Shown here piece after piece: positions 17,052 through 26,969 of a stretch of DNA of 43,407 nucleotides. This DNA is from Candidatus Peregrinibacteria bacterium (GTDB taxonomy: Bacteria > Patescibacteriota > Gracilibacteria > Peribacterales > Peribacteraceae), in NCBI GenBank assembly GCA_018662075.1, contig JABJGX010000011.1:1-43407 (forward strand), written 5' to 3'. The first letter of the stretch is position 1. Every line of letters starts with the position of its first letter. The notes beneath the pieces were generated by a model. That model made no database searches. It was not told the origin of the DNA and saw only the letters and a list, made by a program, of their open reading frames with translations. Position numbers and translations under genes: made by a program.

Positions 17052-17504
17052 TTAATGATGGTACCCCGTCCCCTTTTGTATTTGATGTGCTCTATAAAGT
17101 TGTTCTAGGAACACTACTCTGCAGAGTTCGTGCGGCAATACCATGTCGCTCAGTCGAAGCAATTTTTCACCACGACTGCGTACTTCATCTGTCAGTCCGA
17201 ATGCACCACCAAGAACGAAGATCAGTGGAACACTACAGTCTCGGCACTGTTCAAGCGTCTTTGCAAATGTAAGAGATGTCATCTGCGTACCAGTTTCATC
17301 GAGCACCCAAACTTCTCCTTTCATCTTTTCAAGCTTCTTCAAAAGAGCATCGCTATCTTCCTGCTTCTGCTTAACCTCATCTTTCTGCTTACTCGCAGGT
17401 ACTTCTATCACATCGATGTCGATACGACCGAGATACTGCTCGCACCCTTCTTTCGCCCAAGCAGTCTTCACGGAGCCGACTGCAAGGAGGGTAATCTTGT
17501 TCAT
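17052..17504 (-). CDS. rlmH: 23S rRNA (pseudouridine1915-N3)-methyltransferase
   Basis: LDETG, FVLGGAFGL, LSDMVLPHEL.RVVFLEQLYRA..I..G..YHH. Confidence 0.95.
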   Translation of the reverse strand: MNKITLLAVGSVKTAWAKEGCEQYLGRIDIDVIEVPASKQKDEVKQKQEDSDALLKKLEKMKGEVWVLDETGTQMTSLTFAKTLEQCRDCSVPLIFVLGGAFGLTDEVRSRGEKLLRLSDMVLPHELCRVVFLEQLYRAHQIQKGTGYHH

Positions 17505-18973
17505 TATTTCTTTTGAAGGACTGCAACAGTTTCAATGTGCGCTGTGTGTGGGAAGAGGTCTACTGGTTGCACCGAACGAAGCTCGTATCCTCCCTTCAGG
17601 AAATCTCCAAGGTCACGGGCAAATGTTGATGTATTACATGACACATAAATAATCTTCTGCGGACTATGTTCTAGGATTGCTTCACGTGCCTTTGGATGAA
17701 GACCCGGCCTTGGTGGATCTACAACAATAGCATCAAACGTATATTTTCCTCCGTGCTTCAACTGGTTATGGAGCACCTGTTCTGTTCGTCCTTTATAAAA
17801 AGTAATGTTGCTAATGCGATTCTTTCCTGCACTTTTTAGTGCATCTTCAATGGCAGTCGGATGGCTCTCGACTCCAATAACTTTATCGCAATACCGAGAA
17901 AGATACTGACCAATTGTTCCCATGCCACAGTATGCGTCGAGGATGGTGTCACGAGGAGAAAGGTCTGCGCCATCTGCAATTGCCTTATATAACTTCTCGG
18001 CTGCCAGCGTATTTGTCTGGAAGAATGAAAACGGTGAGATTTCAAACTCAAGGTCAAAGAGCCTCTCTGTTACTGTCGGCTTTCCAACTAGTGTATGAAC
18101 GACTGGGTCTTCTGGCCTATCGTTGACACTGTGGTTTTCAATAACCTGCAATGAAGCAAGTCCGCTACGACCAGCAAAGCGCATAAAATGCTGGAACAAT
18201 GGTTCAAGCTCTTTCTTCCGTGCTTTTACCACAAACCCAATCATATGCTCTCCTGTCTGTACTCCGCGCCGCAACAGAAGACTACGAAGCATTCCTTTAT
18301 GTGTCTTCGGGTTGTAGACAGGAAGCTTTGTATCCTGCATGAACCGATTCACATCCTGCAGAAGCACCCCAATCTGCTCATCATACAAATGGCACTCAGT
18401 AACAGGAAGTACTGTTTCCCAGTTTCCAGACTGATGAAACCCAATAGAAGGGTTCTCATCAAAGTAGATCCTTTTCCCATTCTTCTCCTCTGCCCTCATA
18501 TTCTGATATCCAAAGCTCAGTTCTAGCTTATTACGATAATGAAAGACCTGTGGGCTTGGAATGATACTTAAGACACGTCCAGGAAGCTGCTTTCGAAGCT
18601 CTTCGTCTACAGGGGTCAAATGCTCGAGGGTTTCTCGTACAATGTTCTCTTTATAGTCAATCTGCTTGTTATAAGGCAAGTTCTGCCACGTACAACCGCC
18701 ACAATCGTAAAAATGGCTACAACGAGGTTGAATCTCTTCCATTGCCCTCTGGAGGACCTTCACAACCTTTGCCTCTAAGTAACTGCCCTTATTCTTCAAT
18801 ATGCGTACTAAAACCTTCTGCCCAGGGATAGCACCTGGAACAAACACCTTTTGACCATCAATATTGCCCAAACCCGCCCCACCAAAAGTAAGCTTCTCTA
18901 TGAGGACATCGTGGTCCTGGCCTGGTTTAACAGCTGATATAGCCTCCAGAGACTCATTATTGGGTATTGACAT
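17504..18973 (-). CDS. rlmD: 23S rRNA (uracil-5)-methyltransferase RlmD/RumA family
   Basis: TRAM domain, CSHFYDCGGC Fe-S motif, SFFQTN, DAYCGMG, DPPR.G, YVSCN..TFARD, DLFPHTAHIE. Confidence 0.93.
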   Translation of the reverse strand: MSIPNNESLEAISAVKPGQDHDVLIEKLTFGGAGLGNIDGQKVFVPGAIPGQKVLVRILKNKGSYLEAKVVKVLQRAMEEIQPRCSHFYDCGGCTWQNLPYNKQIDYKENIVRETLEHLTPVDEELRKQLPGRVLSIIPSPQVFHYRNKLELSFGYQNMRAEEKNGKRIYFDENPSIGFHQSGNWETVLPVTECHLYDEQIGVLLQDVNRFMQDTKLPVYNPKTHKGMLRSLLLRRGVQTGEHMIGFVVKARKKELEPLFQHFMRFAGRSGLASLQVIENHSVNDRPEDPVVHTLVGKPTVTERLFDLEFEISPFSFFQTNTLAAEKLYKAIADGADLSPRDTILDAYCGMGTIGQYLSRYCDKVIGVESHPTAIEDALKSAGKNRISNITFYKGRTEQVLHNQLKHGGKYTFDAIVVDPPRPGLHPKAREAILEHSPQKIIYVSCNTSTFARDLGDFLKGGYELRSVQPVDLFPHTAHIETVAVLQKK

Positions 18974-19017
18974 ATATTAATAATTATAGTATAAATATCT
19001 CCCTCTTTTCCACGCAT

Positions 19018-19947
19018 ATGAGAATCAAACCTTTTCTTTTCATCGGCACAGCTCTTCTCGGATTAATGGTCTCCCTCAGCATGCAGGGGCAAAGCGTACC
19101 AGATCTCGATGGAACCGCAAGCAGTATTGGAGTGCAAACTGCAACCATGCTTAGTGTATATGCCGAAAGAGCAGTAGAGGTAGAGCATAATCATGCAGAA
19201 GAAGAGCTCGCTATTCAGGAGGCAGCAGACGAATCTCAATTACGTGCTACAACAAGATCTATAGAAACTGCAAAGACTGCAGCACCAGAACAAAAGCTTC
19301 TTGCAGTCCTCGACCAGCCAAGCATTGAAATGAACCACAAGCTTATTGCAAACGATGTCCTTATGGCTCTACCAGAAACATGCCGTAACACCCTCAAGAA
19401 GTTCTACGTACGATACGAGAAGCCAGAACATAGAGGCCTTGCTGGTAAAAGTGTCATGATCCTTGATGGGACAGTGCCAGATACTGAATTCCGCGCATTG
19501 TTCGTTCATGAGAGTGGTCACAACTGGGACCTTGGTTGTTTAACCGGAACCAAGGACAGTGGAAAGAGCGCATTTAGTGACGGAGACGAAGCTATCTACA
19601 AAAACGACCCGAGCCTTGGTTTCTACCAGATCTCTTGGCTGACATCTGAAGTACAGAGAAGTTCTACTCGAAGTGAAGACTTTGTATCTGGATACGCTTC
19701 ATACAACATCTTCGAAGACTTTGCAGAGAGCTTTGCATACTTCGTACTACAGAACGAGCAGTTCGCAGCACGTGCACTAGAAAATGACGCGCTAGCAAGG
19801 AAGTATGTCTTCATTCGCGATACAATCTTTAACGGTCAGATCCCGCGTCTTGCAACAGGAAAATCTATCTACAAAGGGAAAGCTCCATGGGATAGCACAA
19901 AGCTCGCCTACAGTTGGCACCCAGACAATACTGTTGCACAAAGGTAG
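19018..19947 (+). CDS. Secreted/membrane-anchored zinc metallopeptidase-like protein
   Basis: N-terminal hydrophobic signal from ATG 19018; HESGH (HExxH) plus FVSGYA...EDFAESF. Confidence 0.8.
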   Translation: MRIKPFLFIGTALLGLMVSLSMQGQSVPDLDGTASSIGVQTATMLSVYAERAVEVEHNHAEEELAIQEAADESQLRATTRSIETAKTAAPEQKLLAVLDQPSIEMNHKLIANDVLMALPETCRNTLKKFYVRYEKPEHRGLAGKSVMILDGTVPDTEFRALFVHESGHNWDLGCLTGTKDSGKSAFSDGDEAIYKNDPSLGFYQISWLTSEVQRSSTRSEDFVSGYASYNIFEDFAESFAYFVLQNEQFAARALENDALARKYVFIRDTIFNGQIPRLATGKSIYKGKAPWDSTKLAYSWHPDNTVAQR

Positions 19948-19979
19948 AAGACCATGAAAAAACAGGGTAAGCTGCAGCT

Positions 19980-20777
19980 ATGCGACATAGAATCTTACTC
20001 ACTATCTGGCTACTAACAGACCTCGTTGTATTCGTCGGCTCTTATGCCCTCGCATACTTTGCACGAGTCGGATTCATCATGTCCTCTGACTTTCCTTTCG
20101 ACTTATTCATTAAAGCAGCAGCGCTAACAGCGCCCCTATGGCTCATCGTTCTGATGACCACGCGAACATTTGCACTGACTAGGCGACAACGAACATTACG
20201 GAATGCTGCATACATCAGCTACTGCGCGCTTGTTGGTGTCGCCCTCTTTACACTTCTCTACTATTTCCAATACAACGCATTCTTTAGCAGACTCTTGCTT
20301 GTCACTGCCTTTGTACTATCAACAGTACTGACATGGGCGTGGCATATAGCGTTTGAATTCTTCCTTCGCCACCAGCTCTACTCATCAACAGAGTTCCCTA
20401 CTCTTATCGTAGGAGTAACAAGAGAGTCCAGAGAGCTTATTGCAAAGCTTAACCGTGAAAAGAACCCTATAAAGCCTGTTGCAATTCTGGACGGTCGCGG
20501 CTGTAAAGATACAGAGATCGACGGTGTTCCTGTGCGAGGAAAACTAAACAAGCTAGATGACGTTCTCAGCGAAGGCATCACGCACCTTATTCAGTGTAAT
20601 GACCTAGAGCAATCGCTAAACCTTCTGAGCGCGTGCAGGCAGAAGAAGATAACCTACATGGTACTTCCTTCTGTCTTTGGTATTGTCGAACGTGATGAAA
20701 AGATTGAAACACTTGAAGGGCAACCAGTCACCATGGTCAGTCCAAAAGAAAATCCATTGATGTGGTTCTTCAAATAG
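19980..20777 (+). CDS. N-terminal half of a WcaJ/WbaP-type phosphoglycosyl transferase (4 TM + Rossmann-like CoA_binding_3), no catalytic domain
   Basis: Four TM helices, FSRLL, TLIVG, IDGVPVRG; ends at LEGQP.. where the KR..D catalytic domain normally starts. Confidence 0.7.
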   Translation: MRHRILLTIWLLTDLVVFVGSYALAYFARVGFIMSSDFPFDLFIKAAALTAPLWLIVLMTTRTFALTRRQRTLRNAAYISYCALVGVALFTLLYYFQYNAFFSRLLLVTAFVLSTVLTWAWHIAFEFFLRHQLYSSTEFPTLIVGVTRESRELIAKLNREKNPIKPVAILDGRGCKDTEIDGVPVRGKLNKLDDVLSEGITHLIQCNDLEQSLNLLSACRQKKITYMVLPSVFGIVERDEKIETLEGQPVTMVSPKENPLMWFFK

Positions 20778-20778
20778 T

Positions 20779-21729
20779 ATGCATGCTTTCATTCTCGCCG
20801 GCGGCTTTGCAACACGGCTTTGGCCTTTAACAGAAAAGAGAGCAAAACCACTACTCCCCGTTGCAGGTGTGCCACTGGTGGAATATTTGGTACGCGATAT
20901 CCCAAAAGATGTACCGATTACTGTTAGTACAAATGCATTTTTTAAAGAACCTTTCGAGGAGTGGGCGAAAACTACTGGAAGAGGGAACATTACTATCCTT
21001 ATTGAAGAGACTAAAAGTGACGACCAAAAACTTGGAGCACTCGGTGCAACTGCGCAATGGATAACTGAAGCAAAAATTCAAGAAGATGTTCTCCTACTTA
21101 CAGGGGACAACTACTGTGGATTCTCTTTTGATACATTTCTTGCAGCGGCCAAGCCAGGCACCACTCTTATCGCTGTACATGACATCGGGTCGCTCGATCT
21201 TGCGAAAGCATTTGGAACTGTTATTGCGGAAGACTCTGTCGTCAAAGCCTTCGAAGAAAAACCAAAAGAACCGAAAACTACACTGGTGAATACAGGATGC
21301 TCACTACTACCAGCATCAACACTCAGCGTTCTTGTGGAACATGCAAAAGAGCACCCGGACAATGTTGGTGGCGTCTTTGAAGAGCTACTCAAAAGAGATT
21401 TTCCCATAGAGTGTTTCTCTTTTTCCGAACCATGGTTCGACATTGGCTCCTTCGATGCCTACATAGAAGCAACAAAAGCACTAGTCGGGCACGCTGTTAT
21501 AGAAGAGGAAGGAGTGTCTCTTGATCGAACGAAATGCGAGGGAAGTGTTGTTATTGGGGAAAATAGCACCGTTATAGACTCCGAACTAACAGATACAGTA
21601 CTCTTCGAGGATTGCGTGATAGAAGACTGTGTACTCGACAATTGTGTGCTCGACAGAGGGTGTCACCTCAAAGGGATCGATCTCACGGGTAAAATGCTCC
21701 GGGAAGGGACGAATTTAGAGAAGAAATAA
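20779..21729 (+). CDS. Sugar-1-phosphate nucleotidyltransferase (NDP-sugar synthase) with short C-terminal beta-helix
   Basis: ILAGGFATRLWPLT..AKPLLPVAG, GDN, FEEKP, WFDIGS. Confidence 0.9.
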   Translation: MHAFILAGGFATRLWPLTEKRAKPLLPVAGVPLVEYLVRDIPKDVPITVSTNAFFKEPFEEWAKTTGRGNITILIEETKSDDQKLGALGATAQWITEAKIQEDVLLLTGDNYCGFSFDTFLAAAKPGTTLIAVHDIGSLDLAKAFGTVIAEDSVVKAFEEKPKEPKTTLVNTGCSLLPASTLSVLVEHAKEHPDNVGGVFEELLKRDFPIECFSFSEPWFDIGSFDAYIEATKALVGHAVIEEEGVSLDRTKCEGSVVIGENSTVIDSELTDTVLFEDCVIEDCVLDNCVLDRGCHLKGIDLTGKMLREGTNLEKK

Positions 21730-21779
21730 CCAGAAATTTCGATTCTCTTCAGGCAATAACTCCCCTACACTGCGTATCA

Positions 21780-22454
21780 ATGAAGAAATTACTACTTCCT
21801 ACGCTTTTTGCGCTGGTTCTCAGCGGTTGCGGCAGCTCTACAAGCATCTCTATGGATGTAGAGTTTACGACAAGTGGAAACGATGACAGAGCAGAGCTTG
21901 TCCTTGCAACAAAGCACATTGCGGAACGGCGTCTAGAACAGCTCGGATCAGAGCTTTCTGACTTCGACGTAACCTACGGAGAAGATGCAACAGCCGTCAT
22001 TGCAATCTCTGGATCTAACCCAGATGCAATGGAAGAGCTTCTTGCCCAGATGACAGAGCCTTTCGCAGTTGAAATTCGCCTAATGGCAGAGGTGCACGAG
22101 GAAGGTGACATTGCAGTAGAAGGACTTGGCAGCTTCCGCGACATCGACATTCATAAAAAGGATATGAAATGGGTTTTGAGCCGAGCTATGGAAGCAAATC
22201 CACTCAACCGCGGAGAAATAATGATCCAGTTTACAGAAGAAGGAACAGAAAAAATGGATGCACTCTTCAGTGAGCATTCAGGAGAGGACATCGGACTCTT
22301 TATCCGTAACCAACTCGCAGCAAACTTCGCTATTAATCAGGACTCATTTGGTGGTGCCATCACTATTCCAAATGTTCCATCTGCAGAACTTGCCCAAATT
22401 TTCGCTGACGATATGAACGTCGGTATTAATATGACATTTACTCAATCTCAATAA
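21780..22454 (+). CDS. Lipoprotein made of a SecD-like periplasmic P1 base/head domain
   Basis: Lipobox LSGC; aligns by eye with SecD P1 of the next gene (ERRLEQLG vs ERRINAMG; IQFTEEG..IGLFIRNQL vs IAFDSEG..LAIFVGGQL). Confidence 0.75.
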   Translation: MKKLLLPTLFALVLSGCGSSTSISMDVEFTTSGNDDRAELVLATKHIAERRLEQLGSELSDFDVTYGEDATAVIAISGSNPDAMEELLAQMTEPFAVEIRLMAEVHEEGDIAVEGLGSFRDIDIHKKDMKWVLSRAMEANPLNRGEIMIQFTEEGTEKMDALFSEHSGEDIGLFIRNQLAANFAINQDSFGGAITIPNVPSAELAQIFADDMNVGINMTFTQSQ

Positions 22455-24865
22455 TGACGAACTCCCGACCATACACATGGCCAACTATTACAGCTGTAAT
22501 CGCAATTGCTATTACTATTATTGCGTTGCCACAAAGTGCAAAGCAATGGGCTCCAAGCTTCTTGCAAGCTCCGTCGCTCCACTTTGGATTAGATCTCGCT
22601 GGAGGGACGCAATTGGACTTCCGAATTTCAGAAATTGAAATGGAGGACCAGATCGCAACTCTTAAAAGAGAAATTGCCGAACTAGAAGCAAAGGGATCAA
22701 GTCCAGATAAGATTATCGTTGCACAAAACCAACTGTTCAGTGTAGAACAGCAAAAAGAAGGTGTTGTAGAAGCAATCCGTACAGTGCTTGAGCGTCGTAT
22801 TAATGCAATGGGTGTCAGTGAAGCCGTTATCACTCCTTCATATATCGGAAACGAAAAGCACCTCCTTGTAGAGTGCCCTGGTGTTGTCAATACACAAGTG
22901 TGTATCTCGACCGTTGGAAAAACTATTCAACTCGAGTTTAAAGAAGAGCTTACAGAACCATCAGATGAATACGAATCTGAAATCCGAGCACATGTAAAAG
23001 AGGTGCGCGAAAGACTCAAGGACCCAGAAGTAACACTTGATGTCGTAGGTCAAGATCTAAGCTCAGACATTACCGTGTCGTATCAGCCACGTACTGAATA
23101 CTTCAAAGATTCTCTTCCAGATGGACTAGAAGGAGTATGGAACAAGAGCCCTGCAAGCGGGATCATGCAGTACGATGGAACTGTGACAGTAAATGCAACA
23201 GACAGCGCTGGTCAGCCAGCAACAACAGAAGTTCCAGGAGTGTTCATTACAGAAGTTCTTCGCGCAAAAACGCAAACTGGAAGACTCGTAAACGATGCAT
23301 CACGAGCATTCGAGATTCTTGCTCGGCAGGAAAGCACGCTCACACACAACACATACGACGACGTCTTGCTTGGAAGTAAGATCGAAGAATCTGTGACAAA
23401 GATCCTCGGCTCTATGCAGCCAGGAGAATTGCGTACAGTGATCATCGATGATAACTCTTCTGCAGTTGTCTTCCTTCGAAAATTCGTCCCAGGTCTTACA
23501 GATATGAGTGCTAGTCATATTCTTATCGCTTACGAGGGTGCAGCATCAGCAAGTAAAGATATTACTCGTTCAAAGGCTGAAGCAATGGAGCTTGCTCTAG
23601 AGGTAAAGGCAAAACTAGATAACGGATCTCGTTTTGAAACAATTGCAAAGCAGTACAGTGATGGCCCATCCGGAAAAGACGGAGGAGACCTTGGTACATT
23701 TGGTGTTGGAACAATGGTTCCTGCATTTGAACAGGTAGTGGTAAGCCAGACAAAGGGTCAGGTCTCTGCACCAACAGAAACGCAGTTTGGTTTCCACATC
23801 ATTCGTACAGATAAAATACCAACGTTAAACTCTAGCACTTCAAGCTTCGAACAGCTCACAGTACGCGGAGAAGATGCAAGTAACAGAGCAACAGAGATCA
23901 TCGGAAAGCTGCAGCGTGGTGAAGTGGAAAGCATCGAAGGAATGATCACACTTCGTTCACTCTTCTTCTCATTGCAACCAACGGGTTGGGCAGACACGCT
24001 CCTCGACGGTAAGCACTTCCGTACAGCGACTGTAACACTCGACTCTACAACAAATATTCCGATCGTTCAGATCGCATTTGATAGTGAGGGGGCACGTCTC
24101 TTCCAAGAGCTTACAAAAGAAAACATTGGAAAGAGGCTCGCAATCTTCGTAGGAGGACAGCTGGTTTCTGCCCCAACAGTACAATCAGAAATTATCGGAG
24201 GAACAGCAGTTATCACTGGTACACAAAACTTCGATGAAGCGAACCGTCTCGCAACAGACCTTAATACTGGTGCTATTCCTGCTCCTATCTATCTTGCAGG
24301 TCAGCGAACAGTAGAAGCGACTCTTGGTGCCGAGGCACTTAGAACATCACTTCAGGCAGCATTAATCGGTGTACTCATCCTTATGGTCTATATGGTTCTT
24401 GTCTACCGAATGCTAGGACTCATTGCAGACGTTGCCCTTAGTGCATACGCACTCATCTTCTTTGCCATCTTAAAGCTTCCACTCTTCCTCTTCAGCAGTA
24501 ACCACATTGTGCTGACACTCGCTGGAATGGCTGGAATCATCCTGAGTCTTGGTATGGCTGTGGATGCAAACGTGTTAATCTTCGAACGCATGAAAGAAGA
24601 GCTCCGAAAAGGAAAGATGCTCAAGACTGCAGCAGACACTGGCTTCCAGCGTGCATGGCCGAGTATCCGTGACGGTAACATGTCTACATTCATTACTTGT
24701 ACTATCCTCTTCATCATTGGAACATCAATAGTGAAAGGATTCGCCGTAACACTTGGAATGGGAGTATTGATCTCTATGTTCTCAGCTATTGTGATCACTC
24801 GCTTCTTGCTTCATAAAGTTGCACAAACAAAGCTTGCAGAGAACAAAGCATTATTCTGTGGTTAG
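22454..24865 (+). CDS. secD: Protein translocase subunit SecD with inserted parvulin PPIase domain
   Basis: GLDLAGG, ERRINAMGVSE, LAGMAGIILSLGMAVDANVLIFERMKEE, KGFAVTL; insert ASHIL..SDGPS..GGDLG..MVPAFE..TQFGFHII. Confidence 0.95.
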   Translation: MTNSRPYTWPTITAVIAIAITIIALPQSAKQWAPSFLQAPSLHFGLDLAGGTQLDFRISEIEMEDQIATLKREIAELEAKGSSPDKIIVAQNQLFSVEQQKEGVVEAIRTVLERRINAMGVSEAVITPSYIGNEKHLLVECPGVVNTQVCISTVGKTIQLEFKEELTEPSDEYESEIRAHVKEVRERLKDPEVTLDVVGQDLSSDITVSYQPRTEYFKDSLPDGLEGVWNKSPASGIMQYDGTVTVNATDSAGQPATTEVPGVFITEVLRAKTQTGRLVNDASRAFEILARQESTLTHNTYDDVLLGSKIEESVTKILGSMQPGELRTVIIDDNSSAVVFLRKFVPGLTDMSASHILIAYEGAASASKDITRSKAEAMELALEVKAKLDNGSRFETIAKQYSDGPSGKDGGDLGTFGVGTMVPAFEQVVVSQTKGQVSAPTETQFGFHIIRTDKIPTLNSSTSSFEQLTVRGEDASNRATEIIGKLQRGEVESIEGMITLRSLFFSLQPTGWADTLLDGKHFRTATVTLDSTTNIPIVQIAFDSEGARLFQELTKENIGKRLAIFVGGQLVSAPTVQSEIIGGTAVITGTQNFDEANRLATDLNTGAIPAPIYLAGQRTVEATLGAEALRTSLQAALIGVLILMVYMVLVYRMLGLIADVALSAYALIFFAILKLPLFLFSSNHIVLTLAGMAGIILSLGMAVDANVLIFERMKEELRKGKMLKTAADTGFQRAWPSIRDGNMSTFITCTILFIIGTSIVKGFAVTLGMGVLISMFSAIVITRFLLHKVAQTKLAENKALFCG

Positions 24866-24868
24866 ACT

Positions 24869-25210
24869 ATGGATACCATCCTCATTCAGGACCTTAAAGT
24901 TTCAACTCATATCGGTATTACCGAAGAAGAACGTGCAGACAAGCAAGAGCTAAAAGTATCAGTGTGGATACGAACTGATATACAAGCGATTGCAAAATCT
25001 GATGATATCAACGATGCAATTGATTACGCAGAAGTAGCCCTAAAAATACAAGAGCTGGGAGAAACAGAACGAAAAACGTTAGAACGATTCGTCGAAGACA
25101 TTGCACAAATGATTCTTGATACATTCTGCACAGAAGATGTATCTGTATCCGTTGATAAATTTGCCCTGCCTGATGCAGAGCGTGTTGCCATTACTATTAA
25201 CCGACCATAG
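24869..25210 (+). CDS. folB: Dihydroneopterin aldolase
   Basis: HIGITEEER...Q, SDDINDAIDY, TLE, V.VDK. Confidence 0.92.
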   Translation: MDTILIQDLKVSTHIGITEEERADKQELKVSVWIRTDIQAIAKSDDINDAIDYAEVALKIQELGETERKTLERFVEDIAQMILDTFCTEDVSVSVDKFALPDAERVAITINRP

Positions 25211-25668
25211 CATCTGTTTTTATTGCTATTGGCAGTAATATTGATGCAGAACAGAACATGAAAACCTGTGCAGAGATGTTACGAACACAGTTTCCAGACA
25301 TTGTATTTTCTGGTGTATACCAAACTGCTGCCAGGGACGTCGAAGACCAGGACGATTTCTTAAACTGTGTAACACAATGTAACACACAGAAAAGTCCGGA
25401 AGAGGTACACAGCATTCTTCTGCACATAGAAAAGACATTGCAGAAAAGCGTACCGTACCTCAAAGGTCCACGGACAATCGACTTAGATATTCTTCTCTAT
25501 GATGATCTGCACATAGATACTGAAACCCTAGAAATCCCACATCCTCGCATGCAAGACCGTCGTTTTGTACTAGAGCCCCTGTGCGAACTATCTGGTGACC
25601 GTACATGGAAACACGCACTCAAAAAAACTCTCGATCAATCCTGCCAGAAGACAGATTTAAGCCTATAG
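25207..25668 (+). CDS. folK: 6-hydroxymethyl-7,8-dihydropterin pyrophosphokinase (start uncertain, probably ATA at 25207)
   Basis: In-frame VFIAIGSN upstream of the track ATG (25258); [32 protein letters not shown]. Confidence 0.9.
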   Translation: MASVFIAIGSNIDAEQNMKTCAEMLRTQFPDIVFSGVYQTAARDVEDQDDFLNCVTQCNTQKSPEEVHSILLHIEKTLQKSVPYLKGPRTIDLDILLYDDLHIDTETLEIPHPRMQDRRFVLEPLCELSGDRTWKHALKKTLDQSCQKTDLSL

Positions 25669-25679
25669 TAAGCCTCTCT

Positions 25680-26219
25680 ATGGAAGATTCCTACCGACAA
25701 ATACTACAAGGCATTAATGAAGATCCTACTCGTGAAGGGCTCCTAAAAACCCCTGCTCGTGCTGCTGCATCTATGAAAGAGCTGACGAGTGGTTACGACC
25801 AGGATCTAGAAACCGTAATCAATGGTGCCCTATTTAAAGCAGAGACGGACGGAATGGTTATCGTCAAAGACATTGAATGCTACAGCCTCTGTGAGCATCA
25901 TCTGCTTCCGTTTACAGGCAAGGTCCACGTTGCTTATGTCCCAGATAAGCACATTTTAGGGCTTTCTAAGGTAGCACGAGTCGTCGAGATGTATGCAAGG
26001 CGCCTACAGACACAAGAACGTCTTACACAACAGATCTGTGATGCACTAGAGGAAGTATTACAGCCAAAGGGTATTGGCGTGATTATCGAAGCGAATCACT
26101 TCTGCATGATGATGCGCGGAGTCCAGAAGCAGCACAGCATTGCGATCACCTCTTCTGTGAAGGGTCTTATCAAGAAAGACCCAAAGACCCGTGAAGAATT
26201 CTTAAAGCTTATTTCTTAG
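25680..26219 (+). CDS. folE: GTP cyclohydrolase I
   Basis: [49 protein letters not shown] 25680 chosen. Confidence 0.96.
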   Translation: MEDSYRQILQGINEDPTREGLLKTPARAAASMKELTSGYDQDLETVINGALFKAETDGMVIVKDIECYSLCEHHLLPFTGKVHVAYVPDKHILGLSKVARVVEMYARRLQTQERLTQQICDALEEVLQPKGIGVIIEANHFCMMMRGVQKQHSIAITSSVKGLIKKDPKTREEFLKLIS

Positions 26220-26878
26220 GCAGCAAGTGTAGCAGGAGCACTGGCGTTCTTCTTTCTTTCTAGGCCTTCAAAGTCTCCTTCGCGAACAAGTGATCTATCA
26301 GCCTCGCTCATTGGTAGTGCCGCTGTAATTTGCTTGTACTCCGCAGAAAGAAAATCTGTTTCTCTTTGCACACTTATTGCTGCAGCCTCTCGTACCTCTC
26401 GTGCATCGAACTCCTTACCGTTTATGGTTACCTCCTCCTGGTTTGCATCAGCTGACTGACGTGTGTGCTCCTCTTCATGATCCGCAATGTCGGCAGCAAC
26501 AGTTGTATCAATAATAGAGTCTCCACTTGTCGCTCGAATAGACTGGCTATCTATCCACACTTTGTCTGTTCCAAGTTGCGCTTGTCCCGCGACACCTGCG
26601 TCTAACTCTTTCATAGTTACAGCATTGCCAATAGAAGACCTGATATCTTTCGCTGCCTCATCTAAGTAAGTAGCAACATCCTCAGGTGCAATGTTTTCCA
26701 AAGCGTCGGTTAACTCATCTCGAACGTCATCTGAAATGTCTGCTGTAGCCTCCGCAGAAGTTGCCTCACGTACTTCGCGAGCCTTCTTTTCAAGGTCTGC
26801 TGCAAGTGCTGCAGAACTTTGTTCATTACCATCTACTACGTCTTCGTAAAGTGCCGATGCTGTATCAAGTGATGTCAT
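26216..26878 (-). CDS. Acidic hypothetical protein with HExxH-like motif
   Basis: 220-aa [14 protein letters not shown] followed by EVREAAAI. Confidence 0.75.
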   Translation of the reverse strand: MTSLDTASALYEDVVDGNEQSSAALAADLEKKAREVREATSAEATADISDDVRDELTDALENIAPEDVATYLDEAAKDIRSSIGNAVTMKELDAGVAGQAQLGTDKVWIDSQSIRATSGDSIIDTTVAADIADHEEEHTRQSADANQEEVTINGKEFDAREVREAAAISVQRETDFLSAEYKQITAALPMSEADRSLVREGDFEGLERKKNASAPATLAA

Positions 26879-26969
26879 GACCCATAGTTAAAAGCATCCA
26901 GAGTAGAGACGCGACCCCTGCAATACCTGAAGTATAAAAAGTACTGTTTTTTAGCTTAAATAAGCCATT

